Shown: positions 7,853 to 16,563 of the stretch, piece by piece
Layout: each line of letters starts with the position of its first letter
How positions within the stretch are numbered: the first letter of the stretch is position 1
Source of the DNA: Microcystis aeruginosa NIES-2549
Lineage (GTDB): Bacteria > Cyanobacteriota > Cyanobacteriia > Cyanobacteriales > Microcystaceae
NCBI RefSeq assembly: GCF_000981785.2
Contig: NZ_CP011304.1
Span: 1,770,001 to 1,802,000 of the forward strand
Length of the DNA: 32,000 nt
Direction of reading: 5' to 3'
Translations under genes and position numbers: made by a program
The notes under the pieces: generated by a model
What the model saw: only the letters and a program-made list of their open reading frames with translations
Database searches by the model: none
What the model was told of the DNA's origin: nothing

Positions 7853-9979
7853 ATGAAACCCTGTTACTGCATTAATCCCGATTGTTCTCAACCAGACCAT
7901 CCGAGTAATAATAACTCGAATACTCGTTACTGTCAAAGTTGTCGCTCTGAGTTGTTGTTAAATGGTCAATATAGAGTAAGTCGGTTATTGAGTGATAAGA
8001 CCGGTTTTGGGGTTGTTTATGAAGCTTTTGAAGGTTTTACAGCCAAAATCCTCAAGGTATTACAAGAAAGATGGAATAATGACCCGAAGGCAGTGGAATT
8101 ATTTAAACGGGAATATGAAGTTTTATTAGAGTTGAGTCGTCAAAATGTCACCGGTGTTCCTCGCGCAGATGCCTATTTTCAATATTCCACAAGGGAAGGG
8201 AAAATATTACACTGTTTAGTTATGGAAAAAGTGGAGGGGATTAATTTAGAACAGTGGCTAAAGCAGTATGATAAGTTAAGTCAAAAACGAGCCTTAAAAT
8301 GGCTGAGAGAAATTACTTTAATTCTCGATAAAATTCATCAACAGAATTGGCTGCATCGAGATATTAAACCCCCTAATATCATGCTGCGGAATAGTGGCGA
8401 GTTGGTGTTAATTGATTTTGGCACAGCAAGGGAAGAAACCCAAACCTATCATCAAAAGGTCAAAGGTCAACAGGTAACAGGTATTACCTCAGCCGGATAT
8501 ACAGCCAATGAACAACAACATGGTCAAGCAGTGATTCAATCAGATTTTCATGCTTTAGGACGAACTTTTGTGCATTTATTAACCGGAAAACATCCTTTAG
8601 AAATTTATGATCCGATTAATGATGTTTTACCTTGGCGAGAAGAAACGGAAAATATTCACCCGTTATTGTTGGATTTTATTGATGAGTTGATGGGAAGATT
8701 ACCCAAGAATAGACCAGCTAATACTAGGGTTATTTTACAGCGTTTGGATGAGATTGAAAGGCAATTAAAGTTACCTCCTATAACTCCTAATAGACCATCT
8801 CCACCACCACCAAATCCGCTGCCTGTTGTAACTCAAAAACAACCGCCAGTTATTCCTAAGATTAATCCTTCTCCGCCGGTTTCACCCGTAGCTGTACCCA
8901 AAAAAACACCAGCACAACTGGTTAAAAATAATAATCTGAGAAATGGATTAATAGCGCTCAGTGGCGTTTTGTTATTAGGAATAGGAATAACTCAAGGTTA
9001 CGGTTATTTTAAAAGTCAAGAAGTAAATCCTCAAATTGCACCAATAAACTCACCCACCAATAAACTCACCACAAGAAAAAAAATTTCAGAACATAGTTTT
9101 CTCGATAAAACCCTAACTGGTCATTCTAACTGGGTTTTGTCAGTGGTATATAGTCCCGATAGCCGCTATTTAGCTAGTGGGGGTAGTGACAATACTATCA
9201 AAATTTGGGAAGTAGCAACGGGAAAACAATTGCGTACTCTTACTGGTCATTCTCGCGGGGTTGAGTCAGTGGTATATAGTCCCGATGGCCGCTATTTAGC
9301 TAGTGGGAGTGCTGACAAAACTATCAAAATTTGGGAAGTAGCAACCGGAAAACAATTGCGTACTCTTACTGGTCATTCTAGCGGGGTTTTGTCAGTGGTA
9401 TATAGTCCCGATGGCCGCTATTTAGCTAGTGGTAGTTGGGACAATACTATCAAAATTTGGGAGGTAGCAACTGAAAGAGAATTGCGTACCCTTACTGGTC
9501 ATTCTAGCGGGGTTTTGTCAGTGGTATATAGTCCCGATGGCCGCTATTTAGCTAGTGGTAGTTGGGACAATACTATCAAAATTTGGGAGGTGGCAACTGA
9601 AAGAGAATTGCGTACCCTTACTGGTCATTCTAGCGGGGTTTTGTCAGTGGTATATAGTCCCGATGGCCGCTATTTAGCTAGTGGTAGTTGGGACAATACT
9701 ATCAAAATTTGGGAGGTGGCAACGGGAAAAGAACTGCGTACCCTTCCCAGTCATTCTGACAGGGTTGAGTCAGTGGTATATAGTCCCGATGGCCGCTATT
9801 TAGCTAGTGGTAGTTGGGACAATACTATCAAAATTTGGGAGGTAGCAACGGGAAAAGAACTGCGTATTCTTACTGGTCATTCTTACCGGGTTTATTCAGT
9901 AGCATATAGTCCCGATGGCCGCTATTTAGCTAGTGGAAGTGGTGACAAAACTATCAAAATTTGGCGGGTGGGACAGTAA
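7853..9979 (+). CDS. Ser/Thr protein kinase with 4-Cys N-terminal prefix, Pro-rich linker, one predicted TM helix and a 7-repeat WD40 domain
   Basis: The N-terminus has CxxxxxC...CxxC (CYCINPDC...CQSC). The kinase motifs are GFGVVYEA, AKILK, HRDIKPPN and DFG. The Pro-rich stretch is PPITPNRPSPPPPNPLP. The hydrophobic segment is LIALSGVLLLGIGITQGYGYF. Seven LTGHS...SPDGRYLASGS.D.TIKIWEV repeats follow. Confidence 0.9.
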   Translation: MKPCYCINPDCSQPDHPSNNNSNTRYCQSCRSELLLNGQYRVSRLLSDKTGFGVVYEAFEGFTAKILKVLQERWNNDPKAVELFKREYEVLLELSRQNVTGVPRADAYFQYSTREGKILHCLVMEKVEGINLEQWLKQYDKLSQKRALKWLREITLILDKIHQQNWLHRDIKPPNIMLRNSGELVLIDFGTAREETQTYHQKVKGQQVTGITSAGYTANEQQHGQAVIQSDFHALGRTFVHLLTGKHPLEIYDPINDVLPWREETENIHPLLLDFIDELMGRLPKNRPANTRVILQRLDEIERQLKLPPITPNRPSPPPPNPLPVVTQKQPPVIPKINPSPPVSPVAVPKKTPAQLVKNNNLRNGLIALSGVLLLGIGITQGYGYFKSQEVNPQIAPINSPTNKLTTRKKISEHSFLDKTLTGHSNWVLSVVYSPDSRYLASGGSDNTIKIWEVATGKQLRTLTGHSRGVESVVYSPDGRYLASGSADKTIKIWEVATGKQLRTLTGHSSGVLSVVYSPDGRYLASGSWDNTIKIWEVATERELRTLTGHSSGVLSVVYSPDGRYLASGSWDNTIKIWEVATERELRTLTGHSSGVLSVVYSPDGRYLASGSWDNTIKIWEVATGKELRTLPSHSDRVESVVYSPDGRYLASGSWDNTIKIWEVATGKELRILTGHSYRVYSVAYSPDGRYLASGSGDKTIKIWRVGQ
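9113..9976 (+). repeat. 126-bp intragenic tandem repeats (WD40 units) x6.9, nearly identical at the DNA level
   Basis: Unit starts are 9113, 9239, 9365, 9491, 9617, 9743 and 9869. The units at 9365 and 9491 differ at a single nucleotide (gaggtagc vs gaggtggc). Confidence 0.95.
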
Positions 9980-10154
9980 ACTTGTGTTGGGGGTGACAGC
10001 AATAACTTTTGTCTATCAAAAATGAGCGACACTTGCGGGAAACTGCACCGATGTCTTTAAAAATATTGGGTTTTGGCTCAAATTATTGAATCGAGCAGTT
10101 TTTTCCTAAGTATTAAAGCGCTCAACCCAACCGACAAGCTAGAGGGTATCGCAT

Positions 10155-10562
10155 CTACATCAACAAACTATAATCTACATTAAAGAAATGTCCTAATAAT
10201 TTCGCCTGTTCTTGGGTAATTGACCCTTTTCCTTCAATTAAACTAGAAGCAATTTTGTCAGAGCCAAGGATTCTGGCTATGTCTTTCTTATTAACGCTTT
10301 GCTGTTCCATCAAAAACAATAACATAGAATGAGGTGTGGTTGATTCCTGTAGATAAAAGCTTTTTTCAAAATTCCCAATTAAAAAAATTAGAAGCTCATA
10401 AAGTTCATCTTCTTCGGGAGTTCGCTGCTGACGGTGCATTAATTCTTCCACAATAGCCAAAGCTTTTTCATTTTCTGCCTCTGTTTTAATAACTTTAGGT
10501 AAATGGCGAGCTAGTAATTCTTTGTATTTTTCTGGATTAAAAGTAAGGGTCATCGGTGTCAA
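10155..10562 (-). CDS. HigA/YgjM-like HTH antitoxin-family protein
   Basis: The C-terminal block ILGSDKIASSLIEGKGSITQEQAKLLGHFFNVDYSLLM has the layout of the HigA (COG5499-type) HTH domain. The tracked start is TTG at 10562; the ATG at 10553 (MTLTFNPEKY) is more likely. Confidence 0.7.
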   Translation of the reverse strand: MTPMTLTFNPEKYKELLARHLPKVIKTEAENEKALAIVEELMHRQQRTPEEDELYELLIFLIGNFEKSFYLQESTTPHSMLLFLMEQQSVNKKDIARILGSDKIASSLIEGKGSITQEQAKLLGHFFNVDYSLLM

Positions 10563-10573
10563 GGAGATACATT

Positions 10574-10795
10574 TCAGGATTCGGATGCTTCCTCGGCTAA
10601 CGGTTTTAGGGACTGACGGTACTCTTGACCAAACTGCATTGCCTCTTCGTAAACCGGATCGTCAGCAAAAGTGCCGACAATTTTTTCCCACCAGGGAGTT
10701 TCGCTGACAGTAGGTAGCAAACGCTTAAGCAGTGCTACTTCAGCTTCTAAAGCTGCTAGTCTTATCTCTAGATCAGTGCTTAACATGGTTGACAT
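10574..10795 (-). CDS. Small hypothetical protein (73 aa, N-terminal coiled-coil-like segment, acidic tail)
   Basis: The ATG at 10793-10795 is preceded on the coding strand by a strong SD, AGGAGG (complement of 10799-10804). The gene ends 11 nt before the tracked start of the HigA-like ORF (10562) and 20 nt before its ATG at 10553, which suggests co-transcription. Confidence 0.65.
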   Translation of the reverse strand: MSTMLSTDLEIRLAALEAEVALLKRLLPTVSETPWWEKIVGTFADDPVYEEAMQFGQEYRQSLKPLAEEASES

Positions 10796-11251
10796 ATCCT
10801 CCTATTCTGCTCTTGCTCAAAGGTTAGCTTTAAAACAAAAACTGCTAAATCCCAGCCAGAAGCCATAAGATGAACTGATGAAACCATACACAGCACTCCG
10901 GGTAAAATTACCGATGAACGATTGTACACAATTCTGTCTTTAAGTCAAGTGGCTTTACAAAACTTTAAGCAATTTCTTGACAAAATTTAACCTTTTTTCT
11001 CATTTTTGAACCCTCAAAAATTAATTATGCAAGAGGTTTAATCTACTATACACAACTAGGGATACTACGAGAACTAACACTGTCATTGATGACCAACTCA
11101 TGGCTGATGCTCTTAAAGCTACTGGACTCTCCTATTCTTTGTGTGATAAATTTAACTTCTATAGTAGTGATCGATCTTTGTGTCCTTTGTGTCTCTGTGG
11201 TTCGTTCCCCTCACTATTTATTGCCGGCAGTCTTCATTGACTATCTAGACC

Positions 11252-11290
11252 AAAAAAAACCAGTCTTCCCTAATTTTTCGGGAAAACTGG
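11252..11290 (-). terminator. Rho-independent terminator of dxs
   Basis: The minus-strand RNA is CCAGUUUUCCC-GAAAAAUUA-GGGAAGACUGG followed by U8 (A8 on the plus strand at 11252-11259). The stem is 11 bp with one G-U pair. It starts 20 nt downstream of the dxs stop. Confidence 0.8.
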
Positions 11291-11309
11291 CCAAGCTAAT
11301 CTTGAGATT

Positions 11310-13220
11310 TTAACCAACGTTAGCGGTTTGTTTTTGGCTAAAAAATGCCGCTAAAACCTGTTGGGCAATCTGGGGACTGGTTAAACCCAAATCAGCGAAG
11401 GATTCCTCTGGTGTTGCGTGGTCGACTAATTTATCGGGAACCCCGAAACGCTTGACCGGAACTAGAATATTAGCATCCTGTAAAGCTTCCAAAACCGCAG
11501 AACCAAAACCACCCATCAAACAACCTTCTTCTAAAGTCACCACTTTACCAAGACGTTGGGCAAGGGGAAAGATAAGTTCTGTATCAAGGGGCTTGACAAA
11601 ACGAGCATTAACCACTGTGGCTTCGATGCCGTGTTCGCTGAGGATTTCGGCCACCTGTAGGGAAGTGTTGACCATAGTGCCGTATCCTAACAGGAGAATA
11701 TCATCGCCACTGCGGAGAATTTCGCCCTTACCGATGGGTAAAGCTTCCCAACCCTCTTCCATCAGGGGAACCCCTAAACCGTTGCCCCGGGGGTAACGCA
11801 TGGCAATGGGGCCGCTGGTATGATTAATCCCCGTTACGACCATTCTTTGCAGTTCCGCCTCATCTTTGGGGGCCATAATGGTCATATTGGGGATACAACG
11901 CAGGTAGGCGATATCGTACATCCCTTGGTGAGTCGGTCCATCGGCCCCGACAATACCGGCCCGGTCCATGCAGAAGAAAACCGGTAGATTTTGAATGCAG
12001 ATATCATGAATAATCTGATCAAAAGCCCGCTGCAGGAAAGTAGAGTAAATAGTGACAACCGGGCGCATTCCTTCGCAAGCAAGACCACCAGCGAGAGTAA
12101 CAGCGTGTTGTTCGGCAATTCCCACATCGATGTACTGTTTCGGTAGTTTTGCCTGAAATTTGTCTAATCCCGTCCCAGTAGCCATGGCGGCGGTGATACC
12201 GATAATGCGCGGGTCATTTTCCGCTAATTTAGTGAGAGTATGCCCGAAAACTTTAGAATAAGCGGGGGGTTTCGGTTTACTGGAGGGAATCGGTTTACCC
12301 GTGGCTAAATTAAAGGGATTTTGGGCATGATAACCCACTTGATCTTTTTCGGCCCATTCGTAGCCTTTGCCTTTCACGGTGGCAACGTGGACGAAAACCG
12401 GTCCGTGGACCTTATGGGCCTGTTTAAAAGTGGCGATTAATTCGGGAATATTATGACCATCAATCGGGCCAAAATATTTAAAGCCCAATTCTTCGATGAC
12501 TGCGCCAACTTTGGGAACTGCTAACCGTTTCATTCCTTCTTTGACTCGTTCCATTTCCGGAGTGAGGGAGTCACCGAAGAAGGGTAGATTTTTAAATTGT
12601 TCTTCGAGATTATCGGCGATAAACTGGACGGGTTCGCTCAGACGAACTTTATTGAGATAGCGGGAAATTGCCCCGACGTTGGGGGAAATGGACATCTCGT
12701 TATCGTTGAGGATAACCATGATGTTGGTGTTCGGTAAATGTCCAGCATGGTTAATCGCTTCTAGGGCCATACCCCCGGTTAAAGCGCCGTCCCCGATGAT
12801 CGATACTACCTTGAAATCTTCCCCCTTGGCATCCCGGGCTAAAGCCATTCCTAACCCCGCAGAAATGCTCGTAGAGGCGTGTCCAGCACCAAAATGGTCA
12901 AATTTGCTCTCGCAACGTTTTAGATAGCCCGCAACGCCGTTTTTTTGGCGCAGGGTGTGAAAATCGTTATAGCGACCGGTGAGGAGTTTGTGCGGATAAG
13001 CTTGGTGTCCCACGTCCCAAAGGACTTTATCTCGATCGAGATCGAGGGTTTGGTAAAGGGCGATCGTTAGTTCTACGACTCCTAACCCCGGTCCCAAATG
13101 TCCACCGGTAGCGGCGATCGTCTGGAGGTGTTTTTCGCGAATCTGACGGGCAATATCTTCTAATTGACGGAGTGATAAACCATGTAACTGGTTGGGATGA
13201 GTAATTTCACTTAGGTGCAT
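11310..13220 (-). CDS. dxs: 1-deoxy-D-xylulose-5-phosphate synthase
   Basis: 636 aa. Family hallmarks are [25 protein letters not shown], the TPP-binding [13 protein letters not shown]...NDN, and IAEQHAVT. Confidence 0.97.
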   Translation of the reverse strand: MHLSEITHPNQLHGLSLRQLEDIARQIREKHLQTIAATGGHLGPGLGVVELTIALYQTLDLDRDKVLWDVGHQAYPHKLLTGRYNDFHTLRQKNGVAGYLKRCESKFDHFGAGHASTSISAGLGMALARDAKGEDFKVVSIIGDGALTGGMALEAINHAGHLPNTNIMVILNDNEMSISPNVGAISRYLNKVRLSEPVQFIADNLEEQFKNLPFFGDSLTPEMERVKEGMKRLAVPKVGAVIEELGFKYFGPIDGHNIPELIATFKQAHKVHGPVFVHVATVKGKGYEWAEKDQVGYHAQNPFNLATGKPIPSSKPKPPAYSKVFGHTLTKLAENDPRIIGITAAMATGTGLDKFQAKLPKQYIDVGIAEQHAVTLAGGLACEGMRPVVTIYSTFLQRAFDQIIHDICIQNLPVFFCMDRAGIVGADGPTHQGMYDIAYLRCIPNMTIMAPKDEAELQRMVVTGINHTSGPIAMRYPRGNGLGVPLMEEGWEALPIGKGEILRSGDDILLLGYGTMVNTSLQVAEILSEHGIEATVVNARFVKPLDTELIFPLAQRLGKVVTLEEGCLMGGFGSAVLEALQDANILVPVKRFGVPDKLVDHATPEESFADLGLTSPQIAQQVLAAFFSQKQTANVG

Positions 13221-13301
13221 ATCGGCTTCTTTTTCAAAGTAGTTTATCCCTATACCAACTGTATAGGATTTTCAGCCTGAGATGAGGGAAAATCTAGGCT
13301 A

Positions 13302-13628
13302 GGGTCTGCTGAAAAAGTTTCTCGTGGGGGCAGGGTGTGGGGTGTGGGGTGTGGGGTGTAGGGTTTTACCGATTTTCAGGACGTTCGGCGAAGACTTCGG
13401 CGTGAGCTTTTGTCGAACGCTCAGTCGAACGCTCAGTCGAGTGGACGGTAAGGCTTCGACGGTGAGATCAGCCGAACCGCTTGTCGAACCGCCAAGGTCA
13501 ATTACCTAATTTTCAGGGAAAAAGTCCCAGAATTTTCCCCCCGATCACTCCCATATCCGGTACTTTTTGATTTCCAAAAGGTCTAAAAGTTTTACCCAAC
13601 AAGGTTTTCAGATTTATTCAGCCAACCC
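13302..13628 (-). mobile_element. 327-bp MITE derived from the IS5/IS1182-like family at 5471-7152
   Basis: The left end GGGTCTGCTGAAAAAGT matches the IS right end (reverse complement) at 16/17. The reverse complement of the right end, GGGTTGGCTGAATAAATCTGAAAACCTT, matches the IS left end at 23/28. TAGGCTA is duplicated at 13295-13301 and 13629-13635. There is no transposase; the interior contains a GGGTGTG heptamer array (13334-13364) and a TCGAACGCTCAG duplication. Confidence 0.85.
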
Positions 13629-14398
13629 TAGGCTAGTCTGGCCGCCGTGCGTAAAATTTGGCCGGCTAACATGGCAGCCCCAAAACCATTATCTATATTA
13701 ACCACACCCACACCGACCGCGCAGGAATTGAGCATAGTTAACAAAGGAGCAATACCGCCGAAACTGGTTCCGTAACCGATACTGGTGGGAACGGCGATCA
13801 CTGGGCGATCGACTAATCCCGCTACCACACTTGGTAAGGCTCCTTCCATTCCCGCAACAACAATTAACACATCGGCGGCATCCAGTAGATGGCGATGATT
13901 CAAGAGGCGATGAATTCCCGCTACCCCCACATCCCAAAGACGCTGCACGGAAAAACCGCATAATTGAGCAGTAACCGCCGCCTCCTCCGCTACGGGAATA
14001 TCGGCAGTTCCCGCCGTTAGGATGGAAATTATCCCTTTTGGGGGATTTTCTGGAGCGGCTGCGGCAATGGCACAGATGCGAGCCAAGGGATAATAAACTA
14101 AGTCCGTTACCTGTTCCTGTAGCTGGGCCGCTATCTCTGCTTCAATGCGAGTGGCCATAACCACGGGACTATTTTGACGCAAAACATGGATAATTTGGGC
14201 GATTTGAGCCGTAGTTTTACCCGGCCCCCAGATAACCTCCGGAAATCCCGTTCTTAATTGACGATGATGGTCAATCTTAGCGAAGTCTTCCACCGGTTCA
14301 AAGGCCAGATGTTTAAGTTTATCTAAGGCTGTCTCCGGGTTAATTTCTCCCCTGGCAACGGCGGTCAGCAGCGATCGCAAATCGGCAGCATGGAACAT
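13628..14398 (-). CDS. larB: LarB-type AIR-carboxylase-like protein (nickel-pincer cofactor biosynthesis, pyridinium-3,5-biscarboxylic acid mononucleotide synthase)
   Basis: 256 aa. It has a PurE-like fold signature, ILTAGTADIPVAEEA...VAGIHRLL...VIVVAGMEGALPSVVAGL, with the N-terminal extension typical of LarB. Confidence 0.8.
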   Translation of the reverse strand: MFHAADLRSLLTAVARGEINPETALDKLKHLAFEPVEDFAKIDHHRQLRTGFPEVIWGPGKTTAQIAQIIHVLRQNSPVVMATRIEAEIAAQLQEQVTDLVYYPLARICAIAAAAPENPPKGIISILTAGTADIPVAEEAAVTAQLCGFSVQRLWDVGVAGIHRLLNHRHLLDAADVLIVVAGMEGALPSVVAGLVDRPVIAVPTSIGYGTSFGGIAPLLTMLNSCAVGVGVVNIDNGFGAAMLAGQILRTAARLA

Positions 14399-14400
14399 GG

Positions 14401-14435
14401 TCAGTTATCAGTTATCAGTTATCAGTTATCAGTGG
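14401..14435. repeat. Heptamer array (TCAGTTA) x5, immediately upstream of the larB start
   Basis: tcagtta x4 followed by tcagtgg. Confidence 0.95.
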
Positions 14436-14522
14436 GTAAGTTAACAGTTATCAGATTTGAGTTTTAAGTGAGCAGTATGTGTTAAGTGACCAGTATTAAA
14501 TAGCAGTTTCTTGCCATCTTTT

Positions 14523-14571
14523 CACTGATTACTGATCACTGATTACTGATTACTGCTCACTGATTACTGAT
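14523..14571. repeat. Heptamer array (YACTGAT) x7, in inverse orientation to 14401-14435 and abutting the rnj stop
   Basis: cactgat tactgat cactgat tactgat tactgct cactgat tactgat. ACTGAT is the complement of ATCAGT in the other array. Confidence 0.95.
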
Positions 14572-14572
14572 A

Positions 14573-16321
14573 TTAGGAGGCCATGGTAGCTGCGGGACGA
14601 CGGCGGCGATAAGTACGATTGTTCGCTGGTTCCGTTGCCGCCGCTTGCAAGAGGAAAATCACTAGAGGTTGACTCTGTAACTCCCGTTTGATTAAACGTT
14701 GCAAAGTCGTCTCGATTTCGGCCCGCAAACCGGCCCAATCCGGGGACCCCGTGGCGGTTTTAAATTCACCACTGCGATCGCTTAAACAGCGTTCGATCGC
14801 CCGAATAATTAACTGATTCAGCAGCGGGATTTCCACTTTTGTCACCACACCGCGCAAATTAATCTCTGGAGGTGCGCTTAATTGTCCCTCCCCGTTAAGG
14901 AAGGCCGCGATCGTAATCACACCATCTTCGGCTAATTGTTGTCTTTCCTGCATAATGTGTTCGTGAACCACACCCGCTTGATCAACTAACTCGATTCCCG
15001 AAGGCACTGGTGCACCGAGGCTAATGCGATCGCCAGTTAACTCGATCGTGTCACCATTTTTGACAATTACCATATTTTCGGCGGGAATACCCATACTTTG
15101 GGCCATCTGAGCGTGTTTGACCAGCATTCGGTGTTCTCCATGCACTGGCACAAAAAACTTCGGCCGGGTCAAAGATAGCATCAATTTATGGTCTTCTTGG
15201 GAACCATGGCCGGAAACGTGAATTCCCTTATCGCGTCCGTAAACTACGTTAGCACCCTGCATCATCAGGCGATCAATTGTATTGACCACGGCGATGGTAT
15301 TACCCGGAATCGGATTAGCGGAAAAGACAATCGTATCTCCCTGACGCACGCGAATATGAGGATGTTCACCCTTAGAAATCCGCGTCATGGCCGCTAAAGT
15401 TTCCCCCTGGGAGCCTGTGGTTAAAATAACGATTTTTTCATCGGCTAAATTGCGGGTCGCTTTTAAGGGTTCAAATAGATCGTCGGGACATTTTATATAC
15501 CCCAAATTACGCGCATGAGCGATGACATTTAACATCGATCGACCCACTACCACCACTTTCCGGTTAAATTTCTGGGCCAATTTCAACACCAGATTAATCC
15601 GATGCACCGAGGAGGCAAAGGTAGTGATCATAATCCGTCCCGTTGCTTGGTTAAAAACCCGCTCTAAACCGGGATAAACGGAAGCTTCTGAAGGAGTATA
15701 ACCGGGTACTTCCGCGTTAGTGGAATCACTCAATAAACATAGCACCCCTTTCTCGCCATGTTCGGCAATTTTTTGTAGATCAAAAAATTCGCCATCCACG
15801 GGAGTATGGTCAATTTTAAAATCTCCCGTGTGAATAATTACCCCTAAAGGAGTGTGAATTGCTACACAAAAACTATCGGCGATCGAGTGGGTATTGCGGA
15901 TATATTCCACCGTGAAAGATTTACCTAAACGCACCATTTGCCGAGGAACTACGGTTTCTAATTTGGTACGATTTGCTAATCCTGCTTCTTCCAATTTATC
16001 CCGCAATAAAGACATCGCTAGACGCGGACCGTAGATAATTGGTACATCAAATTGTTTGAGATGGTAGGGAATGCCACCGATATGATCTTCGTGACCGTGG
16101 GTGACGATCATACCCTTAATTTTATGGCGATTTTCCCTTAGATAAGTCATATCGGGAAGCACTACATTCACCCCGTGCATATCATCGGAGGGAAAAGCTA
16201 AACCAGCATCGAGGAGAATAATCTCATCATCGTACTCAAAAACACAGGTGTTTTTGCCGATTTCGTGTAATCCTCCTAGGGGAATGATCTTTAGTTTTGC
16301 TTGGGTTTTATCTTGACTCAT
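14573..16321 (-). CDS. rnj: Ribonuclease J (metallo-beta-lactamase/beta-CASP)
   Basis: 582 aa. It begins KIIPLGGLHEIGKNTCVFEY, carries the HGHEDHIGG zinc motif, and has a beta-CASP region and a C-terminal domain. Confidence 0.93.
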   Translation of the reverse strand: MSQDKTQAKLKIIPLGGLHEIGKNTCVFEYDDEIILLDAGLAFPSDDMHGVNVVLPDMTYLRENRHKIKGMIVTHGHEDHIGGIPYHLKQFDVPIIYGPRLAMSLLRDKLEEAGLANRTKLETVVPRQMVRLGKSFTVEYIRNTHSIADSFCVAIHTPLGVIIHTGDFKIDHTPVDGEFFDLQKIAEHGEKGVLCLLSDSTNAEVPGYTPSEASVYPGLERVFNQATGRIMITTFASSVHRINLVLKLAQKFNRKVVVVGRSMLNVIAHARNLGYIKCPDDLFEPLKATRNLADEKIVILTTGSQGETLAAMTRISKGEHPHIRVRQGDTIVFSANPIPGNTIAVVNTIDRLMMQGANVVYGRDKGIHVSGHGSQEDHKLMLSLTRPKFFVPVHGEHRMLVKHAQMAQSMGIPAENMVIVKNGDTIELTGDRISLGAPVPSGIELVDQAGVVHEHIMQERQQLAEDGVITIAAFLNGEGQLSAPPEINLRGVVTKVEIPLLNQLIIRAIERCLSDRSGEFKTATGSPDWAGLRAEIETTLQRLIKRELQSQPLVIFLLQAAATEPANNRTYRRRRPAATMAS

Positions 16322-16563
16322 TAGGTATCCTTTGATGGTAAGTTATGGTGATTTTTCAGGTTGGTTTTCTAGACAGGAAATCTCAAAAAATGAATAGTCA
16401 GAATGAGTATGACTAGGGGAATAACACCTAGCTAAATTCACTTATATCAATACTTTCTCGCCGTTCTAAACTATATTTCTTTTCTTCTAGTTAAGCTATT
16501 AATATTATAACCTACTTTCTCGAAAAAATCCTAGTTTAGTTAGCCAAATTTTCTAGTATTTTT

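Noticed and set aside
9980-10154. Possible small MITE (GGGTTTTGGCTCAA ... GCGCTCAACCC) between the convergent kinase and HigA-like genes.
   Set aside because: The putative ends pair over only about 5-6 nt. There is no flanking duplication, and the resemblance to the GGGTTTGCTGAA family is marginal.
11086-11313. 75-aa ORF on the plus strand between the small TA-like genes and dxs.
   Set aside because: It runs antisense through the dxs terminator hairpin and into the dxs stop. Its composition is low-complexity and hydrophobic, it has no SD, and it is most likely spurious.
13324-13509. 61-aa ORF on the plus strand.
   Set aside because: It lies wholly inside the MITE and spans the GGGTGTG heptamer array. 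It starts with GTG and has no SD.
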